DNA of 38,905 bases from Candidatus Sericytochromatia bacterium (GTDB lineage Bacteria; Cyanobacteriota; Sericytochromatia; S15B-MN24; JAQBPE01): the NCBI GenBank assembly GCA_035285125.1, contig JAYKHR010000012.1:1-38905 (forward strand), read 5' to 3'. Positions 26,731 to 36,195 of the stretch are shown piece after piece; position 1 is the stretch's first letter, and each line of letters starts with the position of its first letter. Below the pieces are notes generated by a model that was given only the letters and a program-made list of their open reading frames with translations, searched no databases and had not been told where the DNA came from. A program made the position numbers and the translations under genes.

Positions 26731-27917
26731 TGAATCAAGACCCGATGCTCTGGGGCGTGGCGATCGCGTCCCACCAGAACGACGGCGGCGCCCCGGCGTC
26801 CGACTGGACGGTGGCCGAACAGGCCGGCAGGCTGCCCGTGTCTTCCGGCGTGGGCGCTGACTTTCGGCGGTTCTGGCGGGACGACCTCGACCGGCTGCGG
26901 GATGAACTGGGCGCCAACGCCTTCCGGTTCAGCGTCGAGTGGGCGCGCGTGGAGCCCGAGCCGGGGCGTTACGACATGGCCGAGCTCGCCTTTCTCCACG
27001 ACCTCCTCGAGGGGGCCCGCGAACGGGGGCTGGCCGTCATCCTCACGCTCCACCACTTCACCTCCCCGCAGTGGCTGCACGGCGCCGGGCGCTCCGGCTG
27101 GGAAGACCCCGCCACGGCAGCGCGCTTTGCGAGCTATGCCCGGTTCATCGCCCGGGAGTTCGGCGCGGGTGTGCGCTACTGGCTGACCTTCAACGAGCCC
27201 TCCAACCTGCTGGTCGGGGGGCACCTGGCAGGCCGCATGCCCCCCTTTCGGCGCAGCCCGCTCGCCACGGCCGTCGCGGCCCGCACGCTCGTGCAGGCCC
27301 ACGAGCTTGCCTATGAAGCCATCCACGAGGAGCGGCCGGGGGCGATGGTGTCCGTCAGCGAGTTCACGGGGATCCTGCGCATCGGCCCCGGCATCGCCTG
27401 GACGCCGGGGCAGCTGATGGATCCGCTCCGCACGCGCAGGGCCGATCAGCCCGACGAGACCACCTTCAAGCACCTGGACTTCCTGGGGCTCCACTACTAC
27501 GGCGACATCCCCCCGCTGGAGCTCATGCACTTCCCGCTGCGCTTCCACCGGTTCACGGCCCGACCCAGCGGCTTTGGCCGCATCCTGCGCGAGGCCTGGG
27601 ATCGTTACAGGCTGCCCATCCTGATCGGCGAGAACGGGATGGCCACGCGGAACCACGAGGTGCGTCCGGACGGTTGGACGTCGGCTCGCTACCTGGAGGC
27701 GCATGTCGCGGAAGTGCGCCAGGCGATGACGGCGGGGGTCCCGATCCTGGGCTACTGCTGGTGGACGCTCACGGACAACTACGAGTGGGGCAGCTTCGAC
27801 AACCGCTTCGGGCTGTACCGGGTGGAGTGTCAGACGGGCGACTACACGCGCCATCCCACGCCTGCCGTGGCGGCGTTCCGTCGGGCCGTCGCGGGGGGAG
27901 AGCCCCCTGCCCGGTGA
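26730..27917 (+). CDS. Glycoside hydrolase family 1 (beta-glucosidase-like)
   Basis: LWGVAIASHQNDG, FRFSVEWARVEP, TLHHFT, TFNEP (acid/base), IGENG (nucleophile) and WTLTDNYEW...RFGL. Confidence 0.93.
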   Translation: MNQDPMLWGVAIASHQNDGGAPASDWTVAEQAGRLPVSSGVGADFRRFWRDDLDRLRDELGANAFRFSVEWARVEPEPGRYDMAELAFLHDLLEGARERGLAVILTLHHFTSPQWLHGAGRSGWEDPATAARFASYARFIAREFGAGVRYWLTFNEPSNLLVGGHLAGRMPPFRRSPLATAVAARTLVQAHELAYEAIHEERPGAMVSVSEFTGILRIGPGIAWTPGQLMDPLRTRRADQPDETTFKHLDFLGLHYYGDIPPLELMHFPLRFHRFTARPSGFGRILREAWDRYRLPILIGENGMATRNHEVRPDGWTSARYLEAHVAEVRQAMTAGVPILGYCWWTLTDNYEWGSFDNRFGLYRVECQTGDYTRHPTPAVAAFRRAVAGGEPPAR

Positions 27918-27979
27918 CGCCCCGGCGGTCGGCGGGTAAGTGAAGGACGACGGCCGCCCGACCCTGGAGCCCCCCTTCG

Positions 27980-28495
27980 ATGTTCCTGCCGTGTGTCCGA
28001 CGGCTCGCCACCCGGTCCCTGCTCGCCCTGCTCGCGCTGGCGGCCTTTCAGCCGCCAGCGCTCGCGATCGGTCAGGTGGTGATCTTCCGGGACGTCGCGC
28101 TCTCGGAACGCTATCAGGCGCTCTCCGGCCGCCTCACGCGCCTCCAGATCCAGGCCCGCGCTGAGCAGGACACCACGGTGCTGCGCGCCAAGAAGCTCAC
28201 GTGCCGCGCGGTGGTGCAGGAGGTGTTCCCCCCTGAGCCGAACCAGGTGGACCCTGAGGCCTGCCGGGTGGTGCTGGCCCTGACGGCGATCAGCGGCTTC
28301 ACCGCGGCCGAGTTGCCCGCCGTCACCTACTGGGTCAGCCGCACGCGGGCGCTCACGCTCAGGCTCAACTCCCCGCTGACGGTGCCAGCCGAGCTGTTCG
28401 CCATCGAGCCCAACGGGGCTGTCGCCATCGAGCTGGAGACGCCCGCGGGATGGCTCGACCTCACCATGCCCACCCCGGCCCCCGCCCCCCGCTGA
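27980..28495 (+). CDS. Hypothetical secreted protein
   Basis: Signal peptide ending ALA-I, GGAG RBS, and position between GH1 and glpK. Confidence 0.7.
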   Translation: MFLPCVRRLATRSLLALLALAAFQPPALAIGQVVIFRDVALSERYQALSGRLTRLQIQARAEQDTTVLRAKKLTCRAVVQEVFPPEPNQVDPEACRVVLALTAISGFTAAELPAVTYWVSRTRALTLRLNSPLTVPAELFAIEPNGAVAIELETPAGWLDLTMPTPAPAPR

Positions 28496-28515
28496 GCCCT
28501 GCCAGGAGGTCCGCC

Positions 28516-30030
28516 TTGGCTACCCACGTCCTCGCCATCGACCAGGGCACGACCGGCAGCACCGCGATCGTCTTCGACCACGGGGGGGCCGTGGTCGGCA
28601 AGGGCTACCGCGAGATCACCCAGCACTACCCGCAGCCGGGGTGGGTGGAGCACGACGCCGACGAGATCTGGCAGCGCACGGGTGAGGCCGTCGCTGAGGC
28701 CCTCGCCCACGCGGGCATCCGGCCAGCCGAGTTGGCCGGGCTCGGCATCACCAACCAGCGGGAGACGGTGGTGCTCTGGGAGCGGGCCACCGGGCGTCCG
28801 CTGCACCGCGCCATCGTGTGGCAGTGCCGCCGCACGGCGGACGCCTGCGCGCGCCTCGCGCGCTCGCCGCTGGCCGAGACCATCACGGCGCGCACGGGGC
28901 TGGTCGTGGACGCCTACTTCTCTGGCACCAAGCTGGCCTGGCTGCTGGACGCCGTGCCCGACGGCCGCGCGCGGGCGGCCCGGGGCGAGCTGGCGGCCGG
29001 CACCATCGACGCCTGGCTCCTCTGGAAGCTCACGGGTGGCGCGGTGCACGCGACCGACGTGACGAACGCCTCGCGCACCATGCTGTTCGACATCCACCGG
29101 CTCGCCTGGTGCGACGAGCTGCAGGAGGCCCTCGGGGTGCCGTCGGAGGTGCTTCCCGCGGTGCGGCCGAGCGGCTCGCGGTTCGGCGAGACGGCGGAGG
29201 TCGGCTTCCTGCCCGCTGGCGTGCCCATCGCGGCGATCGCCGGCGACCAGCACGCCGCCCTGTTCGGTCAGGCCTGCTTCGCGCCCGGCCAGGCCAAGAA
29301 CACCTACGGCACCGGCTGCTTCTTGCTCATGAACACGGGCGAAACGCCCGTCCCCAGCCGCAACCGCCTGCTGACGACCCTGGCGTGGCAGCGCGAGGGA
29401 CGGCCGGCCCTCTACGCGCTGGAGGGCAGCGTGTTCATGGCGGGCGCGGCCGTGCAGTGGCTGCGCGACGGCCTCGGCATCATCGGGACGGCCGCCGAAA
29501 GTGAGGCCCTCGCGACCTCCGTGCCGGACGCGGGTGGCGTGTACGTGGTCCCGGCCTTCGTCGGCCTGGGCGCCCCCCACTGGGACGGCTTCGCGCGGGG
29601 CACCATGGTCGGGCTCACGCGAGGCACGACGCGGGCCCACATCGCCCGGGCGACGCTGGAGGCGATCGCCTACCAGACCCGCGACATCCTCGTCGCGATG
29701 GCGGCGGACAGCGGGGTGGCTCTCTCCGAGCTGCGCGTGGACGGGGGGGCGACCGCGAATGGCTTCCTGATGCAGTTCCAGGCCGATCTCCTCGGCGTGC
29801 CCGTGGTGCGCCAGAACCAGGTCGAGAGCACGGCGTGGGGCGCAGCCGCCCTGGCGGGCCTGACGCTCGGGGTGTGGCCGGACGAGGTGGCGCTGGCTGG
29901 CCTGCAAGGGGGCGATCGCCGCTTCGAGCCTGGCCTGGGGGAGGCCGAGCGGGCCTGCCTGGTGGCTGGTTGGGCGCGGGCCGTCGAGCGATCGCGCGGC
30001 TGGGTCCTGCCGGGGCCGGAGGCCGGTTGA
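28516..30030 (+). CDS. glpK: Glycerol kinase
   Basis: [60 protein letters not shown] and LRVDGG. TTG start after AGGAGG. Confidence 0.96.
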   Translation: MATHVLAIDQGTTGSTAIVFDHGGAVVGKGYREITQHYPQPGWVEHDADEIWQRTGEAVAEALAHAGIRPAELAGLGITNQRETVVLWERATGRPLHRAIVWQCRRTADACARLARSPLAETITARTGLVVDAYFSGTKLAWLLDAVPDGRARAARGELAAGTIDAWLLWKLTGGAVHATDVTNASRTMLFDIHRLAWCDELQEALGVPSEVLPAVRPSGSRFGETAEVGFLPAGVPIAAIAGDQHAALFGQACFAPGQAKNTYGTGCFLLMNTGETPVPSRNRLLTTLAWQREGRPALYALEGSVFMAGAAVQWLRDGLGIIGTAAESEALATSVPDAGGVYVVPAFVGLGAPHWDGFARGTMVGLTRGTTRAHIARATLEAIAYQTRDILVAMAADSGVALSELRVDGGATANGFLMQFQADLLGVPVVRQNQVESTAWGAAALAGLTLGVWPDEVALAGLQGGDRRFEPGLGEAERACLVAGWARAVERSRGWVLPGPEAG

Positions 30031-31169
30031 GAGGCGCTGGCGCCCTGCGCGCGCTGCTGGGTGCCGGGCTGGTCTGGCTCGCCGTCGCGGGGCCTGCGCC
30101 GGCGAGCGGCGGGTCCACCGGGGGCCTGGGGGGCGGCTGGCTGCTCGAGCGGGGTGACGTGCCGGGCATGCCGGAGGCCTGGCGGCCGGCCCTGCACGCC
30201 CTCGGGGCGATGCGACGCCCTGGACAGCCGCCTGCCGAGCGCCCCGCGCTGGCCGTGGGGGCGACGTGGCTGGCCCGCACGATTCCCTGGGCCCAGCTGC
30301 GGGCGGGGGGGCTGCGGCTCGTGGCGACGGACCTCCGGCACCGCTCGGAGGTCGCGGCTTGCCTCGACCTCGGGGTGGACGGCATCGGGGGCGACCGGCC
30401 TGACCTCCTGGTGGCAGCCCTGGCCGGCCTCGACGGGGACGGCGATGGCCGGGGGGGCGACTGGCTCGACGCCTCGGGGGCACCTGACCCGGGGCGCCTG
30501 GAGGTGCGCGGCTTCGCGGGGGCCCGGGGGGTGCGGCCGGAGGCCACGTTGCCGGGCGTGGAGGCTGCCCTCGACGTGGGGGTGACGGCGCTCGAGCTGC
30601 CCGTGCGGACCACGCGGGACGGGCGCGTGGTGCTGTCCCTCGACGCGACGGTGCGGCCTGGCAAGCACCGGTCCTTGCCGGGGGCGCCTGCCCTCGGAGG
30701 CGGGCTGATGGCGGAGGGGCCCGCGATCGCCACGCTGAGCCTGGGGGACCTCAGGGGCCGCTACGACCGGGCCGTGCGGCTCGCCGGGCAGCCGGCTCAG
30801 AGCCTGGACCCGGAGGCCTCGCCCGTGGCGCTGGCCTTTTCCCGGAAGCAGGGCTGGCCGAGCCCCCACGCTTACGCCTCGCTCGAGGAGGTATTCGGCT
30901 TCTTGCGGGCGTACGCGGACCACCACGCGGCCGGGCCGGGGCGCTTGCTGCCCGAGGGGCCCAGGCGGGCCCGGGCAGCGGGGCGCGTCCGGGTGGTGGT
31001 GGCGGTGCCTGCGGGGCCCGGCGGGGCCACTGCGGGGCGGGCAGCCCTCGAGGCGGCCCGGCGGGCGGGGATGCTGGAGCGCCTCACGCTCTCTGCGAGC
31101 GGGCCAGACACCCTGGTCCGGTTGCACAGCGAGGCGCCGCGGGTGGCCGTGGAGCTGGTGCTGCCCTGA
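30027..31169 (+). CDS. Degenerate glycerophosphodiester phosphodiesterase (GDPD)-like protein, secreted
   Basis: TTG start overlaps the glpK stop; signal peptide present. [14 protein letters not shown] (GDPD C-terminal motif) is followed by [16 protein letters not shown]...[19 protein letters not shown] (GDPD N-terminal motifs with catalytic residues replaced). Confidence 0.7.
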   Translation: MRGAGALRALLGAGLVWLAVAGPAPASGGSTGGLGGGWLLERGDVPGMPEAWRPALHALGAMRRPGQPPAERPALAVGATWLARTIPWAQLRAGGLRLVATDLRHRSEVAACLDLGVDGIGGDRPDLLVAALAGLDGDGDGRGGDWLDASGAPDPGRLEVRGFAGARGVRPEATLPGVEAALDVGVTALELPVRTTRDGRVVLSLDATVRPGKHRSLPGAPALGGGLMAEGPAIATLSLGDLRGRYDRAVRLAGQPAQSLDPEASPVALAFSRKQGWPSPHAYASLEEVFGFLRAYADHHAAGPGRLLPEGPRRARAAGRVRVVVAVPAGPGGATAGRAALEAARRAGMLERLTLSASGPDTLVRLHSEAPRVAVELVLP

Positions 31170-31274
31170 CGGACGGCGCCAGCGGCCGGGCTGGGCTGGG
31201 TATAAGGCCGGTCCGGGCCGCGGCTGCGGCCGCGCCGTCGCCACCGCGTCTTCGAGAAAGGGCACGACCCGACC

Positions 31275-32861
31275 GTGAGCAGCACCGATTGCATCGTCGT
31301 GGGAGGGGGGCACAACGGCCTCATCGCCGCCGCGTATTTGGCGCGCGCCGGCAAGCGCGTCACGGTCCTCGAGCGGCGGCACATCGTTGGGGGCGCCTGC
31401 GTCACCGAGGAGAAGCACCCGGGCTTCAAGATGTCCGTCACGTCCTACGTCGTCAGCCTGCTGCTGCCGCAGGTGGTGCAGGACCTCCAGCTTCGCGAGC
31501 ACGGCTACGACTTCATCGTGCGTGACCCCTCGTCGTTCGCGGCGTTCCCCGATGGCCGCACGCTCCGGTTCTTTGCCGATGGCCGCCGGACCGTCGAGGA
31601 GATTCGGCGGTTCTCCGCGCGCGATGCGGAGGCCTGGGGCCGCTACCACGAGGTGCTGGAGGGCCTGGCCCGCTTCGCCGAGAAGATCCTGGTCTCCGTC
31701 CCGCCCGACATCACGGCCCGCAACCCGTTCAAGCTGCTGGGCTCGCTGCCGCTGGCTTGGGATGCCTGGCTGATGTCGAACACCGAGCGCGCAAAGCAGG
31801 TGGAGCTGCTGACGGCGAGTGCCTCCGACTTCCTCGACCGCTACTTCGAGTCCGAGGAGCTCAAGGCGGTGCTCGCCACGGACGGCATCATCGGGGCCTT
31901 CGCAGGGCCTCGCACGCCGGGCACGGCCTACGTGCTCCTGCACCACGTGATGGGCGGGGTCGACGGGCGCCGGGGGGTCTGGGGCTACGTCCGCGGCGGG
32001 ATGGGGGGCCTGACCCAGGCGCTCGCGCGCGCCTGCGAGTCCCACGGCGTGACGATCCGGACCTCAGCCCCCGTGAGGCGCATCCTGGTCTCGGGGGGGC
32101 GGGCCACGGGGGTGGAGCTCGAGTCCGGCGAGGTCCTGAACGCCAGGCAGATCCTCTCCAATGCCGATCCGAACCGCACCTTCCTCCAGATGGTCGGCCG
32201 CGAGCACCTGCCCACCGAGTTCGCTGACGCCATCGCCGCCATCCGCTACCGGAGCGCCTCCTTCAAGATCAACGTGGCCCTCTCGGGGTTGCCCACCTTC
32301 AAGCACCTGCCGCCAGGGGCGGATCCGCGCGAGTGGCTGACGGGCACCATCCACTTCAGCCAGAGCGTGGACCAGATGGAGCGGGCGTTCGACGAGGCCA
32401 AATACGGCCATCCGTCCACCCGCCCCGTGGTCGAGGCCTGCCTGCCCAGCATCCTCGACGACTCGATCACGCCGCCGGGGCAGCACTTCATGTCGATGTT
32501 CTGCCAGTATGCGCCCTACGCGCTGGCCGAGGGCACCTGGGATGAGGCGCGCAAGCAGGCCTTCATCGAGTCCGTGTGGCGCGTCGTGGAGGAGTTCGCA
32601 CCCGACATCCGGGAGAAGATCCTGCACGTGCACGCGCTGTCGCCGCTCGACCTCGAGCAGGAGTTCGGCCTTACGGGGGGCAGCCTGTTTCACGGCGATA
32701 TGACGACAGACCAGCTTTTCAGCATGCGGCCCGTGGCGGGACACGCGGGCTACGAGACGCCGCTGGCGGGCCTCTTCCTGTGCGGCAGCGGCGCCCACCC
32801 CGGCGGTGGCGTCATGGGGGCGTGTGGCTACAACGCGGCGAGGGTTGCCCTCAAGCGGTGA
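31275..32861 (+). CDS. FAD-dependent oxidoreductase, phytoene desaturase superfamily (PYROXD2/CrtO-like)
   Basis: IVVGGGHNGLIAAAYLARAG, VLERRHIVGGA, GTAYVLLHH, GYVRGGMG and LFLCGSGAHPGGGVMG. Confidence 0.9.
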   Translation: MSSTDCIVVGGGHNGLIAAAYLARAGKRVTVLERRHIVGGACVTEEKHPGFKMSVTSYVVSLLLPQVVQDLQLREHGYDFIVRDPSSFAAFPDGRTLRFFADGRRTVEEIRRFSARDAEAWGRYHEVLEGLARFAEKILVSVPPDITARNPFKLLGSLPLAWDAWLMSNTERAKQVELLTASASDFLDRYFESEELKAVLATDGIIGAFAGPRTPGTAYVLLHHVMGGVDGRRGVWGYVRGGMGGLTQALARACESHGVTIRTSAPVRRILVSGGRATGVELESGEVLNARQILSNADPNRTFLQMVGREHLPTEFADAIAAIRYRSASFKINVALSGLPTFKHLPPGADPREWLTGTIHFSQSVDQMERAFDEAKYGHPSTRPVVEACLPSILDDSITPPGQHFMSMFCQYAPYALAEGTWDEARKQAFIESVWRVVEEFAPDIREKILHVHALSPLDLEQEFGLTGGSLFHGDMTTDQLFSMRPVAGHAGYETPLAGLFLCGSGAHPGGGVMGACGYNAARVALKR

Positions 32862-33007
32862 GGCCACGCCCGGCCGAACGTGCCTCCTTGTGTTCGGGGG
32901 GTGTTAATCAAGTGCTTGCTGGGGTACAGTTTATGGCGGGGGCGTTACCGACCCCGGCCGGCCGGCCGGAGGCAGCGGTGACCGGGGATGGTGGGTGGAG
33001 GTGCGAA

Positions 33008-34693
33008 ATGTGGACGCCGCAAGTGCTTGGCAAGGCCCTGGTGGCCTGCACACTGTGCGTGGCCGCGGTGGCCGGCTGCAGCCTCGCCCCCGGGGCCGTG
33101 GCGCCCTCGACGGCATCGCGGGGCCTGCCCAAGGCGAAGGCCCCAAAGCCCGCTGACCCGGCCGCGGCAGCGGCCGTTCCCGCCGTCGCACGGGGCAATG
33201 GCGCTGCCGTCCTGGCCGCGAATGCCGCGGGCGTTGCGCCCATCGGCACCGTGGAGGCCCCGGCTCCGAAGGACGCGGTGCGCTCGGTGCTCGACACCCT
33301 GCAGGTCCCGGCGCAGTCCCCCGAGCAGGCGCGCCAGGTGCGGCAGGTCGGCACCGAGCTGGCGGTCTCCAGCTCGGTCGAGGGGCTGCTGGTCGAGGCG
33401 GAGTGGCTGGCTGGCAACGGCCTGATCGGGCTCGACGCGAGCGGGCTCATCGGCCTGGATGGGAGCGGCCTGATCGGGCTCGACGCGAGCGGGCTCATCG
33501 GGCTCGACGCGAGCGGGCTCATCGGGCTCGACGCGAGCGGGCTCATCGGGCTGGATGCGAGCGGGCTGATGGGCGATGGCAGCATGCGCTACCGCCTGGC
33601 TGCCGTCACGGATGCCGCCCCCGCTCTGGGGGACGTCCGAGCGGCGTGGGCGTCCCTCTCCCCGGCCCTCAAGGCCCAGCGGCTCAAGGCCCACGTGCAG
33701 CGCGAGGCGCGCGTCTTCCAGGCTATCAAGGCCGGGATGGCCGAGCGCGTGGGGGCCTTCAGCCGACCTGCGGCGTCGGAAATTGAGACCACGTCGGATG
33801 GCGGGCGCCGCATCACCACCCGCCTGGTGGTGCCAGCTGGTGAGATCGTCGTCATGCGGGAGACGGATGCGTCCGGCGTGCCGCTGCGCCTCACGCAGCG
33901 GTTCAAGGGCACGCTCGAGGGGCAGGCCGTCGAGGCCGAGCGCGTGCGGTCGATCATGTCGGACGGCACCGCCGGTGTTGAGGCCGAGACGGCGCTGGGG
34001 GCTGGGGAGGCCCGGACGATGGTGTCGGTCTCGAAGCAGATTGCGGCCGACGGCAGCGTGACGGGTGGTGGGGAGGTGGCGAGTGGGGGCGGACCCACGG
34101 TCGCCTTCGAGGCCGGCGGCAACGTGACCGCCTTCGAGCGCACCGAGGCGCGCGTGCACGGCGTGGCCGTGGGCGTCCAGCGGATGGCGGGCCGCAGCGA
34201 GGCCGCGGTGAGCGTCAAGGACGGCAAGCAAGACGCCCACACCGTGCGGGTCAAGGCCAAGTGGGCGCCGGAGGTGCCGGTGCCACCGGCTGACCCGGCC
34301 CGGCCTCCGGTGTCCGGGAACGCTGGTGGGAACGGGAACGCCGGTGGCAACGGGAACGCCGGTGGCAATGAGAACGCCGGTGGCAATGGGAACGCCGGTG
34401 GCAATGAGAACGCCGGTGGCAATGGGAACGCCGGTGGCAACGGGAACGCCGGTGGCAACGGGAACGCCGGTGGCAACGGGAAGGCCGGTGGCAACGGGAA
34501 CGCAGGCGGAACCGGGAACGCCGGTGGCAATGAGACTGCCGGTGGCAATGAGAATGCCGGTGGCAATGGGAACGCCGGTGGCAATGGGAACGCCGGCGGC
34601 AATGGGAACGCCGGCGGCAACGAGAACGCTGGTGGCAATGGGAACGCCGGCGGGAACGGGAACGCTGGCAACAACGGCAGTGGGGGGCGCTGA
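33008..34693 (+). CDS. Putative lipoprotein, paralog 1 (LIGLDASG repeats, Gly/Asn tail)
   Basis: GGAGG RBS, lipobox VAGC, and a core alignable to the next two genes. Confidence 0.85.
   Translation: MWTPQVLGKALVACTLCVAAVAGCSLAPGAVAPSTASRGLPKAKAPKPADPAAAAAVPAVARGNGAAVLAANAAGVAPIGTVEAPAPKDAVRSVLDTLQVPAQSPEQARQVRQVGTELAVSSSVEGLLVEAEWLAGNGLIGLDASGLIGLDGSGLIGLDASGLIGLDASGLIGLDASGLIGLDASGLMGDGSMRYRLAAVTDAAPALGDVRAAWASLSPALKAQRLKAHVQREARVFQAIKAGMAERVGAFSRPAASEIETTSDGGRRITTRLVVPAGEIVVMRETDASGVPLRLTQRFKGTLEGQAVEAERVRSIMSDGTAGVEAETALGAGEARTMVSVSKQIAADGSVTGGGEVASGGGPTVAFEAGGNVTAFERTEARVHGVAVGVQRMAGRSEAAVSVKDGKQDAHTVRVKAKWAPEVPVPPADPARPPVSGNAGGNGNAGGNGNAGGNENAGGNGNAGGNENAGGNGNAGGNGNAGGNGNAGGNGKAGGNGNAGGTGNAGGNETAGGNENAGGNGNAGGNGNAGGNGNAGGNENAGGNGNAGGNGNAGNNGSGGR
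33422..33565 (+). repeat. 24-nt tandem coding repeat x6 (LIGLDASG)
   Basis: Six units of CTSATCGGSCTSGAYGSGAGCGGS, mostly with synonymous variation. Confidence 0.95.
34316..34675 (+). repeat. 18-nt tandem coding repeat x20 (GNAGGN/ENAGGN)
   Basis: Twenty hexapeptide units counted directly from the sequence. Confidence 0.95.
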
Positions 34694-34696
34694 CCT

Positions 34697-36133
34697 GTGA
34701 ACCTCCCCTGGAAGGTGGTGCGGCCCGGCGCGGTTGCGTGGCTGGCCTGCTGGTCGTTGTTGGGGGGAGGCGGTTGCGCGCCGGGGCCTGGCGTTGGCCC
34801 AGCCTTGACAGATGCGTCCCGACAAGGGACCGCACCGGACCTTCCCTCGGCGGTGGAGGGGCTGGCAGGTTTGATCGGCGCGCAGGCCGCGGCCATGACC
34901 GCCCCGCGGACCCTGAGTGAGGTGGGTGCCGACATGGCCCTCGGCGAGGCCGTGGAGCTGCTGCTCCAAGATGCCGAGGTGCTGGCCGGCAACAGGTTGG
35001 TGGGCAACGGCGGTGGCGCCCTGATCGGTTTCGGCGCGGCGAACGTGGTGTCGAAGGGTGGGGGGCAGCTCATCAGCGACGGGGGTGTCCGCCTCGGACC
35101 CGGGCGCGACCCGTATGCGCTGCTCGCGGATGACGACGTGCCCCCCTCCGTGGAGGCCTTGCGACAGACCTGGCAGGCGCTGTCCGCGGCCGACCGCGGC
35201 CGAAGCCTCGAGGCGCACCGCAAGCGAGAGGCCCGCGTGCTGGAGGCTGCCCGCGAGGCCCTCGCGGCGCGCGCCGGCGGCTACAAGCGCAAAGACGATG
35301 TCCGCGTCACCAAGGCCTCCGGCGGTGGAGAGATCGCCCGACAGACGATCGAAAGCCCACTCGGGCCCGTGCTCGTCGAGCGGGTCGAGGACGCCGAGGG
35401 GCTCACCTTGATGCTGCGTCAGACCTTCCGCGGCACCATCGACGGCACCGCCGTGGAGGCCGAGCGGACCCGCCACCTGCTGCCTGACGGCACGGCGCGC
35501 GTGGATGCCTTGACGACGCTCGGCGGGGCTCAGGGAGCGCGCAAGCTCCGCTGGGTGAAGAAGGTTGCCCCCGACGGCACCGTCACCGGTCGCGGCACGC
35601 GAACGGCCGATGGGGCCGTCGTGGAGCTGCAGGCGTCGGGCAACGTGGCGGAGGCTGAGCAGGCCACGGCCAGAGTCGAAGACGTCGACCTCACGGTGGA
35701 GCGGTCTGCCGGCCGCAATGAGGCCAAGGTGGCCGTGGCCGGAGGGGCCTTGCGCAAGGGGGCCGTGGCCGTGCGCCTGCCGGCAGCGGGCAAGGGGCAA
35801 CGCGAGACGAAGGCCGACGTGCCGCCTGAGCCCGGGGCGGGGCGGCCTGCCGTCGACTCGGGCGGTCGCCCCGCCTCGGGGCGCGGAGATGCCGAGGCCA
35901 GCGCCTCCTTGGTTCCCGATGGCGTCCCACCCTCACCGGGGAAGGCCCGGCCCCCGGAGGACCAACCAAGCCCCTCGGGGGAGGCGGTTGGCGACGATGA
36001 CAAGGCGGACGCGCCAGCTGGCAAGAAGCAGCCCGCGTCACCGAAGCCCCCGGAGCCGCCCAAGGCCGCGGCTCCATCCCCCAAGAAGACCCCACCCCCC
36101 CCGCCAGACACCCCCAAGTCGGACGACAACTGA
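34697..36133 (+). CDS. Putative lipoprotein, paralog 2 (degenerate octapeptide repeats, Pro/Lys tail)
   Basis: Starts 3 nt after the paralog 1 stop. Hydrophobic N-terminus with atypical GGGC. Contains LLQDAEVLAGNRLVGNGGGALIGFGAANVVSKGGGQLISDGG and the shared core. Confidence 0.82.
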   Translation: MNLPWKVVRPGAVAWLACWSLLGGGGCAPGPGVGPALTDASRQGTAPDLPSAVEGLAGLIGAQAAAMTAPRTLSEVGADMALGEAVELLLQDAEVLAGNRLVGNGGGALIGFGAANVVSKGGGQLISDGGVRLGPGRDPYALLADDDVPPSVEALRQTWQALSAADRGRSLEAHRKREARVLEAAREALAARAGGYKRKDDVRVTKASGGGEIARQTIESPLGPVLVERVEDAEGLTLMLRQTFRGTIDGTAVEAERTRHLLPDGTARVDALTTLGGAQGARKLRWVKKVAPDGTVTGRGTRTADGAVVELQASGNVAEAEQATARVEDVDLTVERSAGRNEAKVAVAGGALRKGAVAVRLPAAGKGQRETKADVPPEPGAGRPAVDSGGRPASGRGDAEASASLVPDGVPPSPGKARPPEDQPSPSGEAVGDDDKADAPAGKKQPASPKPPEPPKAAAPSPKKTPPPPPDTPKSDDN

Positions 36134-36195
36134 GGTCTGTCCCAGAGGCCCGCCTGGCAGGCTGACTGTTAGAGGCTGCATTCGGAGGTCACGCA

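Noticed and set aside
31275..32861. Carotenoid biosynthesis gene call (crtI/crtO)
   Set aside because: No other crt genes are in the window, and the motifs fit the broad PYROXD2-like group, so no symbol was assigned.
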